64,000 bases of DNA, taken from sequence record PQ182779.1; one strand, given 5' to 3'. Shown here in pieces: positions 45,857 to 55,421 of the stretch. How positions within the stretch are numbered: position 1 is the first letter of the stretch; every line of letters starts with the position of its first letter. Below the pieces are notes generated by a model. That model ran no database searches. It had not been told where the DNA came from and saw only the letters and a list, made by a program, of their open reading frames with translations. The translations under genes were made by a program, and so were the position numbers.

Positions 45857-46238
45857 GCATTTTCTCGATATGACACCGACAATGGATCGGTTCTATCGGT
45901 TAAGGATTTTAGCCCACTGGTTAGACCGGACGTATAACACGATTCCGCCTGATTATTTAATTACTGATAATGACCGTTGGGAGACAGAAAAGATATGGCA
46001 AGTAGCCAGGGTATTGGAAAAGGAGTACGGTGGCGTACCATTGAAACTTCCGGTTAATCTGCTTCATATCGAATCGCTCGATATACAACGGAACGCATTA
46101 ATGGTTTGGGTAGATGATGAAGAGTTTCGTCAGAGGAATCCTGATTTATGGCAGTGCAAAAATATCTCTTCGAAATCCCCCCGGCGCTTAAGGTCTTCAC
46201 CGATGGCTATAAGGGTCTCTGGCGGGATCAAATTATAG
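45834..46238 (+). CDS. array protein 2 (hypothetical)
   Basis: MLIVIDIKHF...IQRNALMVWV. Confidence 0.65.
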   Translation: MLIVIDIKHFLDMTPTMDRFYRLRILAHWLDRTYNTIPPDYLITDNDRWETEKIWQVARVLEKEYGGVPLKLPVNLLHIESLDIQRNALMVWVDDEEFRQRNPDLWQCKNISSKSPRRLRSSPMAIRVSGGIKL

Positions 46239-46552
46239 ACGCTTTCCTTTCTACCGCGTACCACTGGGAAAAAGGAAAAACCAAAGATTATAACAAACTG
46301 TTCATTGAGATTTATTACTCGAATAACATTGACCCGCTGGAAAGCGATTTTGAAACGATTCCCGATGATCCTTATTATCGGGACCAGTTATCGTTTTACA
46401 TGTCTCTTCAGGAAGAAATTGAAAAAATGAAAAATACAGGCGTATTAGAAAAAATCCTTAGCGATCTTCGTTCTCAATGGGATCGATACGGTATTTACGG
46501 TGAATGCTACACGGAACGGATGAACTCACGTACCTATCTTGTTTATCGATAA
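46148..46552 (+). CDS. array protein 3 (hypothetical)
   Basis: SD GAGG; YLFEIPPAL...RMNSRTYLVY. Confidence 0.65.
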   Translation: MAVQKYLFEIPPALKVFTDGYKGLWRDQIIDAFLSTAYHWEKGKTKDYNKLFIEIYYSNNIDPLESDFETIPDDPYYRDQLSFYMSLQEEIEKMKNTGVLEKILSDLRSQWDRYGIYGECYTERMNSRTYLVYR

Positions 46553-46562
46553 GGTCTCTATT

Positions 46563-47078
46563 ATGCGTTATGTTATTGATATTGATTATCTCGCCAGACG
46601 ACTATCGTCCACTCTCTATTCAGTCCGTCGCCAACACAGTGTTATCGACCGGTACGCTGACAAGAACCTTCGTGTAGAAGATCTTAAGGAAACTGCCCTC
46701 CGTCTCTTTTGGAATGCCATTAATAAAGACGCTAAATATCCTTGGGAATGTTGGGATGACGATGCTGCTATTCGTAGTTGGTTTAAAGGTTACACCTTAG
46801 AACCTATTGGTTTTAATCCGTACAACGAAGAGATCGTGGATGAGCCGTCCCAAGAACTCTACCGTGAAGTCATCGATATATTTATCATTTTCTCGGTAGA
46901 GTATTTTCGTGACATGGGGATACGAAAAAATAGGTTCTGGGATGAAATTGTGGTGGTCGAAGTCAGAAACAACGCATTAATTGTCGAGAACCTTGGCGAT
47001 TGGCGAATTCGGGATTGGGAAAGGATACAACGAGAAAAACGTGAAGAACAATCTGAAGAACAAAATAGAGATTATTGA
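46563..47078 (+). CDS. array protein 4 (hypothetical)
   Basis: MRYVIDIDYL...VRNNALIVE. Confidence 0.7.
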   Translation: MRYVIDIDYLARRLSSTLYSVRRQHSVIDRYADKNLRVEDLKETALRLFWNAINKDAKYPWECWDDDAAIRSWFKGYTLEPIGFNPYNEEIVDEPSQELYREVIDIFIIFSVEYFRDMGIRKNRFWDEIVVVEVRNNALIVENLGDWRIRDWERIQREKREEQSEEQNRDY

Positions 47079-47415
47079 CATCGCGTTATTACGGCCTCGC
47101 CTCGAGAAGATCTACCGTTGCTTTTTCTCTGACACTTTAGAGCCGGTGACGTTTGGCGAGGCGTATGGTTTACTTTTGCTCTTTAGTCTGGAGAAACTGA
47201 TCTATGGTTACTCTACGATGGAGCAACGACTTCTTTCTGTTTTTTCTACGCCTGAACTAAATTTATCTGATACTGACGCACTTCTGGAATTGTCGCTACA
47301 AGAAATCAAAACGTTTCTTGAAAAAACAAGCGAAGAACGTATCATTGACTATTATGGATGGGAGATCTCACGTGACCAACGGTCGATTAGATTATTTACA
47401 AACCTTCATCTATGA
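46981..47415 (+). CDS. array protein 5 (hypothetical; start uncertain, possibly 47041)
   Basis: IEIIDIALL...RDQRSIRLF. Confidence 0.6.
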   Translation: MSRTLAIGEFGIGKGYNEKNVKNNLKNKIEIIDIALLRPRLEKIYRCFFSDTLEPVTFGEAYGLLLLFSLEKLIYGYSTMEQRLLSVFSTPELNLSDTDALLELSLQEIKTFLEKTSEERIIDYYGWEISRDQRSIRLFTNLHL

Positions 47416-47785
47416 CCTGCATTGGGACGCGTCAGAAATAAAGAAAATAGAAAACCTATACTCAATACAGAGCCGGGAGATTATTCTCCCGGCTTTTCTA
47501 TTTTCTTTATCACGTTACCAAACAACCTTCTCCATGCCCTTCTTTTTCAAGGCTAACGAAGAAGCGGAAAAGGTCTTAGATAACTTATTGTGCTCCGACG
47601 GAATGGAACATCTGGACGATAAGCTCAAAGAAGAACTCGAGCGAAAATTCTACATCGATATTCAATTATTAGGCTCGAAGATATCAAGGAAGACTTTAGC
47701 CATGAAAGATATCGTTTTGAGTCCTGATCAAATCAGAAACGTAAGATTCGTTAGAGGAGACCTCTATGTTACCGTCAGTGACTGA
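47354..47785 (+). CDS. array protein 6 (hypothetical)
   Basis: TFIYDLHW...FVRGDLYVTV. Confidence 0.6.
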   Translation: MDGRSHVTNGRLDYLQTFIYDLHWDASEIKKIENLYSIQSREIILPAFLFSLSRYQTTFSMPFFFKANEEAEKVLDNLLCSDGMEHLDDKLKEELERKFYIDIQLLGSKISRKTLAMKDIVLSPDQIRNVRFVRGDLYVTVSD

Positions 47786-48176
47786 AACTACGACCCGTCT
47801 TTTTGTTTTGCCTTATCGAAGAGAAACCGCTGCCATACTGAACGAACTGATGTATTGCGATTTACTCTATCGCCGACTTGTTCTGCAAATGATATTCGAC
47901 TTCATTATCGGCACCGACGAAGAAAATCTATCGTCATCAGGTACGCGGCGTATCAGAGTTGAAATCGAGAATTTCTTACGTTCGTATCCGCACGCTAAGA
48001 TGCCGGATGTTACAACGGAAGAGTTGATAGAGACAGCGGAAGAACTCTTCGTCTCGTTTTATCGTGATTATCGACGGGAGATACGAAGTAACTTTTCACG
48101 TTCCCCCCGTATTGATTTTGTAGAATTACGCCACCACGGCATCGCCTTCCAACTGACTGTTCGCAGAGGATCTTAA
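47766..48176 (+). CDS. array protein 7 (hypothetical)
   Basis: SD AGGAG; RLFVLPY...LRHHGIAFQL. Confidence 0.7.
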   Translation: MLPSVTETTTRLFVLPYRRETAAILNELMYCDLLYRRLVLQMIFDFIIGTDEENLSSSGTRRIRVEIENFLRSYPHAKMPDVTTEELIETAEELFVSFYRDYRREIRSNFSRSPRIDFVELRHHGIAFQLTVRRGS

Positions 48177-48640
48177 TGTCCCGTTTCTTTCGTACCATCT
48201 TAATCTTTACGGTGAAGGATTGGCCAACGTCAAACTTCCACCTTTTCTTCAGTCGATATATCGATGGGTTTAATCGTTATATTCCCCGAAACAAAATTCG
48301 TTTTGAAGTGACTGACTTTATCGGCTGTACCATCGCTTATGTATTGGACGTTAAGCACTTCGGTCAGCAGGAGGCATCGGAAAGACTCGATGACACGATT
48401 GATCTTTTCTTTGTCCCTGATGCAGATGATCCCAGCGATCAATTACGGTTAGATAGGGGTACTCGACACCGATTGCTTTGTTACATTGAAGATATGGCTG
48501 AAGTGATTGCGACCGATTTACTGTTGTCCTTCGAGAGGAGTCAACTCCGATATCACGAAGATATCGATATCGGCGACGTACTCTTACGAAACAACGCAAT
48601 CTCATTTGTAGTGGAGGACCTTAGTCGGGAGGTATGGTGA
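48176..48640 (+). CDS. array protein 8 (hypothetical)
   Basis: SD GAGG; ILIFTVKDW...LRNNAISFVVE. Confidence 0.7.
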   Translation: MSRFFRTILIFTVKDWPTSNFHLFFSRYIDGFNRYIPRNKIRFEVTDFIGCTIAYVLDVKHFGQQEASERLDDTIDLFFVPDADDPSDQLRLDRGTRHRLLCYIEDMAEVIATDLLLSFERSQLRYHEDIDIGDVLLRNNAISFVVEDLSREVW

Positions 48641-49062
48641 AAAACAAAAATGCAACGTTGGTTGTTTTACCCTGCCAGTCTTTTTATTCCGGTTTATCGA
48701 CGCTCCTAGATAATATGCCAAGAGATGTCTGGATAAAAGCACGTGATCTTTCGTCGCTTTTTGTCGAAGATATTTTGGAACCGGAAAAAATGGCGATGCA
48801 CCCCGAGGTCTTAAAAGGATTCTTTATTGCGAGTGATCCTGGTTTACTCGAGTACGGCATGGAAATCATTCTGGAAAACTACGATTGTCTCCATACTCGA
48901 CTTTACCGTGAGATGGAGAAAGTACATCCCTTCCTATTAGAGAAACGTTATCATCTTGAGAACTTATTCCTGTACACGGGAAGTTATTCTCTTGGTTTAA
49001 GGATTGAAGAACATGAAAATAAAAGTTCTTACTTCCCTTGTACGACTCCCTTTAATCTTTAG
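48634..49062 (+). CDS. array protein 9 (hypothetical)
   Basis: SD GGAGG; TLVVLPCQSF...YTGSYSLGLRIE. Confidence 0.7.
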   Translation: MVKNKNATLVVLPCQSFYSGLSTLLDNMPRDVWIKARDLSSLFVEDILEPEKMAMHPEVLKGFFIASDPGLLEYGMEIILENYDCLHTRLYREMEKVHPFLLEKRYHLENLFLYTGSYSLGLRIEEHENKSSYFPCTTPFNL

Positions 49063-49363
49063 TTATTTTTATCAGGGTCTTTTAGACGAAGTCCAATGCG
49101 ATGAAGATGATGATACGGTTATTGACATCGAATACCTAAAGGACTCGACCAGGAAGCTCGTATTGGAAGTCATTGACAGCGGATTGAAAACTACTGTTCC
49201 TTCTATTGAACACGGTGAGATTGCTGGTCATCTTTTTCTCACCCACGAAACCTTGAAAGAACGAGTGGAAGAAATCACCAGTAAAACAACCTTTCGTTAT
49301 GTAGACCTCGAGTACTTCGACTCTACTACGTTAATGTTGCTTTTCGAATCGGGAGAAAATTAA
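49004..49363 (+). CDS. array protein 10 (hypothetical)
   Basis: IKVLTSLVRL...YFDSTTLMLLFE. Confidence 0.65.
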   Translation: MKNMKIKVLTSLVRLPLIFSYFYQGLLDEVQCDEDDDTVIDIEYLKDSTRKLVLEVIDSGLKTTVPSIEHGEIAGHLFLTHETLKERVEEITSKTTFRYVDLEYFDSTTLMLLFESGEN

Positions 49364-49786
49364 ATGGCGTCTTCAGACCTCATCCTCGGTAAATTTACAC
49401 TGAACTCCACGGTGACCTTTCAGGTTTATCCGTCTGCGCTTTACGGGGATGTTTTCCGTAACGCGGTTCCGACTGACGTCGTGTCGGCCAGAGGTGCTGC
49501 TAAATTCGGTATTGACCCGGAAGCAGAGCACGCGAAGGTTTATCCTCTTCTGCCATCGGGTAGCGTTGAAGACAATGCCCGTTCTTACAACTGGTTGGTA
49601 TTGACCTTAGAAGATGGCACAGAACGCGTCATCGGATTACCCTGGATCAAAGTTGATACGATCAACGTTGTTGAGACAGTGAATGCCCTTGTCACTATTC
49701 CCGGGATTGGTACAGGCGATATTGAAAAGATCCGGCTGGCGATTAACAGCGCAGGCTTCAACAATTTCACCATCGTCACCAGTTAA
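49364..49786 (+). CDS. conserved phiKZ-like core protein upstream of DNA polymerase
   Basis: TF..YP....G..F, H..VYP.LP, G.PWI...T, I..AL.A.G motifs; position. Confidence 0.6.
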   Translation: MASSDLILGKFTLNSTVTFQVYPSALYGDVFRNAVPTDVVSARGAAKFGIDPEAEHAKVYPLLPSGSVEDNARSYNWLVLTLEDGTERVIGLPWIKVDTINVVETVNALVTIPGIGTGDIEKIRLAINSAGFNNFTIVTS

Positions 49787-49899
49787 CTATTCTCTTCTCC
49801 TGTAACCGAAAGGTTACAGGAGAAGGTTATCTTTTCTTTTTTTTCTTTTTTCAGTGACCGTACTATTCCTGTAGAAGACCGATTACATAGGACGATAGC

Positions 49900-52116
49900 G
49901 TGAAAGTTTCTAACCCGTTTACGCGCACCGCTAAGGATTACCATCGAGACCTTGGCGTGCACGAGTCGTACATTATTCAAACTGCTTTATTCATACAACG
50001 CAGCACTGGAAGACCTTTCGAAGAATGTCGTGACTTTGTTGTAGAGGAACTGAAAAACCCGGATAACGGCGTGACCGACCCTGTTTTTTGCATGTTGGAA
50101 CGCGATGAGAATCTGGATCAAAAACCGATTATGGTACCTTTCTCACAGTACCTCAAAGACATTCTCGATAACGAATGGTTAATGGCACCTACGTTCACGA
50201 CCGTGTTACCGCCGCACCAAAAGTTATCGTTACTCTCTGAATATATCAAAGGTAACTTGAAAAAGCGCTCCGCCGAAAAATATGAAATGTTTGAAGCGAA
50301 GAAAGTCGGTAACTTTATTAAGGCAACCTTCCACAACAACAATCAGAACAACAAAAAGATTCTGAACAACGCCATCTCTGGTAACCACCGTTCTGAGCAC
50401 TCACCGCTTTACGACCGCTCAACGCACCCGGTATTGACAAGTTGCTGTCGTATAGCCAACGGTATTGCCAACTCCAACAATGACCGTTTATTGTCTGGCT
50501 CTCGTCACTACTGGCGACCTGACGTTGTCTACGCTAACCTGACCAGTATCCTTGAACTGACCGATTGGGCAAAAGTAGAAAATACCGTTAAGAAGTTTAA
50601 TTTGCATATCCCGTCGGTTGAAGAAACGTTAGCAGTACTGTCGTATTCATCTGACCTCTACTGGCGATCAGAAGGGGGAGACCGCAATTTAAAACGTTTC
50701 CTGAAAGGCTGTAGCGATTACGAACGAGCAGCGTTCGTTTACATGGGCGACCTTTATCATATTCGTCAATTCAACGAGGCGATTGTAAGGGATCTGATTC
50801 ATGGTTTAGTCACCCCAGCAGAAACGCCGGTACCTGACTACGAAGGATGGATGAAGTTTGTCGATGAAGACACCGTCGCACAGATCACGGTTATGTTCCC
50901 GGAAATCATTGGCGATAAAAACCCATTCCACGAAGAAGTTATTGCTAAACCCGATTACTGGCGTTTAGGTTCCACCTGTGCGCTCATTTACCAGACGCTG
51001 GACAAATATAAAGAAATCATTGATACGTTCCTGATGTCAAGAAACATCCCGTTCCTGATTTCTGACTTCCCTCACGCAGTTAGACGTAGTGGTGTAGGGT
51101 CTGATACCGACTCCGCTATCTTTACGGTTCAGGATTGGATTCGTTGGTACTCTGATAATGACTTGCTAACGAAAGAAAACATCATTCTGGCTGAAGGGAT
51201 TGCGTTCCTTGTCTCGCAGACGACCACGCATAACCTTGCTACCATGACCGTAAACATGGGCGTTCAGGACGAGAAAGAAGTCTTCCGTCTGGCAATGAAG
51301 AACGAATTCCTTTTCCCGGTGTTCATGTTGACCAGCCGTGCTAAGCACTATGCGGCAAACAAACGCGTACAAGAAGGGGTCTATATCGAAGACCGAGAGA
51401 AGAAAGGCGTAGAGCTCATTGCTTCCAACTCACCGGCAGGGGTACGTAAAGACCTTGACTTGATGATCGAAGAGATTGTCGACAGTGTTACGGAAGGGAA
51501 AATGTTGGAACTGAGCCGTTACTTACGGTGGGTAGCCCGGTGGGAGTATACGATCTACGAATCGATTCGTAAAGGGGAGACCACGTACCTTAAAGCCGCA
51601 CGTGTTAAAGAAGAGGAAGGGTACACTAAGAAGACCGAAGAACAGAATACGCCGTATCTGAACTACGAACTCTGGCAAGAAGTCTTTGCGCCGAAGTTTG
51701 GTCTTATTGAACCACCGCCATACTCTGCGTTGTCGTTCAGCATTATTCACGATACGAAAACTAAAACGGAGAAATGGTTAGCGAACTGGAAAGATCAGGA
51801 AATGGCGAAACGAATGCGACAATTCCTGGCAGCGAAGAATAAGACTTATTTGGGTCGTATCCTGCTGCCAGAAAGTATTGTCATGTCAATCGGGATTCCA
51901 GAGGATATCCTTGAGGCGACAAACATTCGTAAAATTATCGGCAGTGCCATGTCACCTTTCTACTTGGTTCTTGAGTCACTGGAATACTACCTCTTTGATA
52001 AAGACCAATCTAAACTGGTCTTTGATCAAATTTCTCGTGAGGATGCTTTCTCTGACTTTAACGAAGTGGAATCAGCACTTCGTCCAACAGAACCTGTAGA
52101 GTATCTTGAGGATTAA
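49900..52116 (+). CDS. family-B DNA polymerase, split catalytic part (phiKZ gp50-like)
   Basis: Motif B K..NN..SG, motif C GSDTDS, K.Y and KGVEL; no exonuclease or motif A region in this ORF. Confidence 0.85.
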   Translation: MKVSNPFTRTAKDYHRDLGVHESYIIQTALFIQRSTGRPFEECRDFVVEELKNPDNGVTDPVFCMLERDENLDQKPIMVPFSQYLKDILDNEWLMAPTFTTVLPPHQKLSLLSEYIKGNLKKRSAEKYEMFEAKKVGNFIKATFHNNNQNNKKILNNAISGNHRSEHSPLYDRSTHPVLTSCCRIANGIANSNNDRLLSGSRHYWRPDVVYANLTSILELTDWAKVENTVKKFNLHIPSVEETLAVLSYSSDLYWRSEGGDRNLKRFLKGCSDYERAAFVYMGDLYHIRQFNEAIVRDLIHGLVTPAETPVPDYEGWMKFVDEDTVAQITVMFPEIIGDKNPFHEEVIAKPDYWRLGSTCALIYQTLDKYKEIIDTFLMSRNIPFLISDFPHAVRRSGVGSDTDSAIFTVQDWIRWYSDNDLLTKENIILAEGIAFLVSQTTTHNLATMTVNMGVQDEKEVFRLAMKNEFLFPVFMLTSRAKHYAANKRVQEGVYIEDREKKGVELIASNSPAGVRKDLDLMIEEIVDSVTEGKMLELSRYLRWVARWEYTIYESIRKGETTYLKAARVKEEEGYTKKTEEQNTPYLNYELWQEVFAPKFGLIEPPPYSALSFSIIHDTKTKTEKWLANWKDQEMAKRMRQFLAAKNKTYLGRILLPESIVMSIGIPEDILEATNIRKIIGSAMSPFYLVLESLEYYLFDKDQSKLVFDQISREDAFSDFNEVESALRPTEPVEYLED

Positions 52117-53152
52117 TCCCCGTTATCGGTGTCAGGTAACCTCCGTTAACAAAACGCGCGTACCAACGTTCCAGTTGAGTTTTTACACTGCCATTGTCTT
52201 TAGACCCTGTTTCGCCAGAAAGACGGGACAGGGTACTTAAGTACGGTAAATTTGCCAGTGTGTAAAGACCGAGGTTCTGACGGTTGAAAAAGATATCCGG
52301 GATCGTAATCGCTTCAAGGAGTGTTTCTGTAAATAACCCGGGGATTTGTGCCGGAAGGTCAATGAAGCGCCGTGGGGCGCTTCTGGCGCGTTGTAACCAC
52401 TGTTCCCAGACTTTATCCGCCAGTGGACGTAAATCGTAGATTGCCAAGCCGTGTCGCGCGGCGTCATCGTTAACCGGGATATACCCTGTCGACAACCGAA
52501 GACGATTGAAGAAACAAAAATTCATGTCCTCTTCGATCATGTTGACTAAAGGGTACTGATAAACAAATTGGTTGATAGAAACGGGATGCGGGTTCGCTTC
52601 TGTACCAACGTTAAACTGCGACCAGTGCCGATACTGGACTGCCAGAAGACCGATGTCGATAGACAGGAAAGCGTTTCCTTTATAGTGACTAAAGTGCTGC
52701 CCGTCACGGGCGTTAAAAGAAAGCCCTGTCAGATTGTGCGAAATTGGGCGTACTGGAATAAGTTCTTGCCAGTAGTTCTTTGCGTCGAATCGATAAGGGA
52801 GATCTTTTTCTTCAACGATGTAGAACTCGGTCATACCTTGACCGTAAAACCATGGTTTACTGGCTTTACCAGAAAGCACGGTTTCCGTATTGAGGTTCAA
52901 CGCCCTGTGTGTCAGTTTACTGGCGGAGTGACAGAATCGATAATACTGTTCATCGTTCATGTCTACCCGCGACGGTAAATGTTGAAGTATCTGAATCAGT
53001 ATATGATCACTCTCAACAGCACGGATGCTATTACGGTAATGTTGTTTAATGTTCTTTAAATTAATGTCGGCATTGTTGCGCAGCAAGGTGAGTTGTCCCG
53101 GAAAAAACGTCTTCACGGATTGACGGTTTAGAAATTCGAAAGCTGAGATCAT
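52058..53152 (-). CDS. conserved phiKZ-like core protein between DNA polymerase and chimallin (gp52-like)
   Basis: Conserved position and orientation; 364 aa; H.L..IL, W....P...I.H, FV..Y.L.NM. Confidence 0.6.
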   Translation of the reverse strand: MISAFEFLNRQSVKTFFPGQLTLLRNNADINLKNIKQHYRNSIRAVESDHILIQILQHLPSRVDMNDEQYYRFCHSASKLTHRALNLNTETVLSGKASKPWFYGQGMTEFYIVEEKDLPYRFDAKNYWQELIPVRPISHNLTGLSFNARDGQHFSHYKGNAFLSIDIGLLAVQYRHWSQFNVGTEANPHPVSINQFVYQYPLVNMIEEDMNFCFFNRLRLSTGYIPVNDDAARHGLAIYDLRPLADKVWEQWLQRARSAPRRFIDLPAQIPGLFTETLLEAITIPDIFFNRQNLGLYTLANLPYLSTLSRLSGETGSKDNGSVKTQLERWYARFVNGGYLTPITGINPQDTLQVLLDEVLIPLR

Positions 53153-53357
53153 TAGTTTTCTCCGAGCGACTAATCATTTTTAAAGTGCATCTGCTATATT
53201 ATGAAAGAACTCCTTCATAACGAAGGACTAGCCCTAAATGGGCATAATGACTATTATATGTAGAAAGTTCTAATCGGAAACCCGATTGACTCTCTATTGA
53301 GTGAGGTCTATTATATCTCATCGCTATAAAAGACCCATTTCAAACTTTTTTCACATC

Positions 53358-53373
53358 TATATCACAATAGTGA
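53358..53373 (+). promoter_or_regulatory. phage early promoter motif upstream of chimallin
   Basis: TATATCAC-AATA-GTGA. Confidence 0.7.
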
Positions 53374-53436
53374 AGAAGGTAATGAGTACCTTCAGAATCG
53401 CGATAAAAATTGTTTTAACTCCTAGGAGATTTAAAG

Positions 53437-55338
53437 ATGGCCTTACGTGATGACGATCACAACAAAAACAAAGCAGAAGAAGCAGCAGTAGAAACTGGTG
53501 CGCAGGAAACTTCTCGCGACGAAGGTCGCCAGGAAGAATCCTCTGCACGCCGCCGTTCCTTTTACACCCGTTCCAACGAAAATGATTCCCGTCAGGAGAA
53601 AAAAGTGACTTCATCCTATAACTTCCGTAAAGATGCGCCAGTACTGTCCCTGAACTCTGCGGCAGGCGACGTAGCCAAATTCGTCGAACTGACCAAAGAA
53701 ATCCAGAAACAGCACAGCGCCGCGATCAGCCTGAACGGTGTCCTGGAATGGACGGTAACGCCGGCAACAGGCAAAGATACCCAAATGAAACTGGACGCTG
53801 CGGTCATCGCTGCCCGTCTGAAAGACAACGGCATGATCTTCGCGTCTACCGTGATCTTCGTGGGTAACACCGTGATGCCGAAACAGGCCGTGCAGGTTGG
53901 TCGTGACCACACCGTGCGTTTCACCACCACCGCTAACGACCAGTACGAAGCGATCGGCTATAAAGAGTCCCTGGACGATCTGATTGCCCTGTCCAACCCG
54001 GCATTCACCGGCCAGGTTCAGCATCTGGCGGCGTCCCCGATCTTCCTGGACAAACCGACCGACGCAGAACTGGAGCGTATCGCTTCTGCGGTGATCAACC
54101 AGATCATCTATTCCGTTAACGCGATCCTGACCACTAACGAGTTCAGCATTGCGGCGCTGGACCTGAAAAATAACGATCTGCTGGCGAACATCGCGTTCCA
54201 TCAAGGTGACGTTGCTGACGACATCACCGAAATGCCGCATCGCGCCGATATCGTTGTTGATCTGATGGTGGCGCCGCGTGACGAACGTCGTGGCGGTATT
54301 GTTAACGTATTGTCCGAGCGTGAGTCCACTCAGCTGGCCGGTCTGATCTCCCACGTCGACCTGTATTACAAAGGCGAAGAAGAGCAGTCCAACAGTTTCT
54401 TTGCACTGCGCAAAAAGAAAGCGGAAGACTTCGATACCCGTATCTACGGTATCGCTCTGGTGATCAGCGATCTGAAATGCGTGGCGATTCCTGAATACCT
54501 GATGTTCTCTCTGGCACAGGTATCTGCACTGATGACTGAACCGGCTCTGATTCAGGGTCTGCGTCCGCTGAACACCAAAGGCGCGCTGCGTACCGCTGAA
54601 GCTCTGACCTATGAACTGAAAGGCGAGTTTGAAAAACTCCCGGAAGTTCTGAACGACGACGAATGGGCTGGCCTGGTGGCTAACGTTGTTCGTGAGAACA
54701 GCCAGATCGTTCAGATCCAGATCCCGCGTTCTTCCATCAACACCCCGCTGCTGCAGCTGCTGGTTGATGCGTGCGACGAAACGAACCCGAACCGTAAAGA
54801 AGCTGTTGACGTGCTGATCGAAGCCGCCGACAACATCTCCGGCGATCGTTTCTCTACCATCATGAACACCTCAGATCTGTACGACGTGGGTATCATCCGC
54901 GACATGCCGCAACTGCTGGGCACCTGGATCGACGAACAGGGTCATAAACGTGACCTGCGTGAAATCGGTTACTACGAAATTCTGACCAACTTCGGTCTGA
55001 AATCTCCGCAGGTGGTTGCTGATTACGATCGTTGCCTGAACGACGATTCGATCGATCTGCAAGTCCGTATGGACCAGATGGAAAAAATCATCGAAGACTA
55101 CACCGGCGGTCAGTATCAGATCACCGACCGTGCAGACGTCATCGAAGTGAACGCCAACTGGCTGTTCGGCCTGACCCGCGCACTGTCCGCAGCAGGCATG
55201 GTGGTTACCGCTGATGGTATTACTCAGGATGGCCGTACCAGCCGTCGTGGTTATACTTCTCGTTACGAATCCAACGGCTACGACGGTGCAGGTTTCCGTT
55301 CTCGTTCTCGTTCTTCTTACGGTTTCGGCGGTCGTTAA
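53437..55338 (+). CDS. chmA: chimallin, major phage nucleus shell protein
   Basis: 633 aa; directly upstream of the nvRNAP beta' subunit; extreme high-expression codon bias; Q..IPR, AA.....G.F, G.W.D..G..RD.R..Y motifs; G/R/Y-rich tail. Confidence 0.85.
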   Translation: MALRDDDHNKNKAEEAAVETGAQETSRDEGRQEESSARRRSFYTRSNENDSRQEKKVTSSYNFRKDAPVLSLNSAAGDVAKFVELTKEIQKQHSAAISLNGVLEWTVTPATGKDTQMKLDAAVIAARLKDNGMIFASTVIFVGNTVMPKQAVQVGRDHTVRFTTTANDQYEAIGYKESLDDLIALSNPAFTGQVQHLAASPIFLDKPTDAELERIASAVINQIIYSVNAILTTNEFSIAALDLKNNDLLANIAFHQGDVADDITEMPHRADIVVDLMVAPRDERRGGIVNVLSERESTQLAGLISHVDLYYKGEEEQSNSFFALRKKKAEDFDTRIYGIALVISDLKCVAIPEYLMFSLAQVSALMTEPALIQGLRPLNTKGALRTAEALTYELKGEFEKLPEVLNDDEWAGLVANVVRENSQIVQIQIPRSSINTPLLQLLVDACDETNPNRKEAVDVLIEAADNISGDRFSTIMNTSDLYDVGIIRDMPQLLGTWIDEQGHKRDLREIGYYEILTNFGLKSPQVVADYDRCLNDDSIDLQVRMDQMEKIIEDYTGGQYQITDRADVIEVNANWLFGLTRALSAAGMVVTADGITQDGRTSRRGYTSRYESNGYDGAGFRSRSRSSYGFGGR

Positions 55339-55359
55339 TTCGTAGTTTGGTAATACTCT

Positions 55360-55392
55360 AAAAAGAAAGGACTTCGGTCCTTTCTTTTTTTG
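55360..55392 (+). terminator. intrinsic terminator
   Basis: AAAGGAC-TTCG-GTCCTTT plus T-run. Confidence 0.85.
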
Positions 55393-55421
55393 TCTTGACT
55401 TTTAATGCTTAGAGGGGAATC

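Noticed and set aside
53611-54354. 247-aa antisense ORF within chimallin
   Set aside because: Same shadow-frame effect in the most codon-biased gene of the window.
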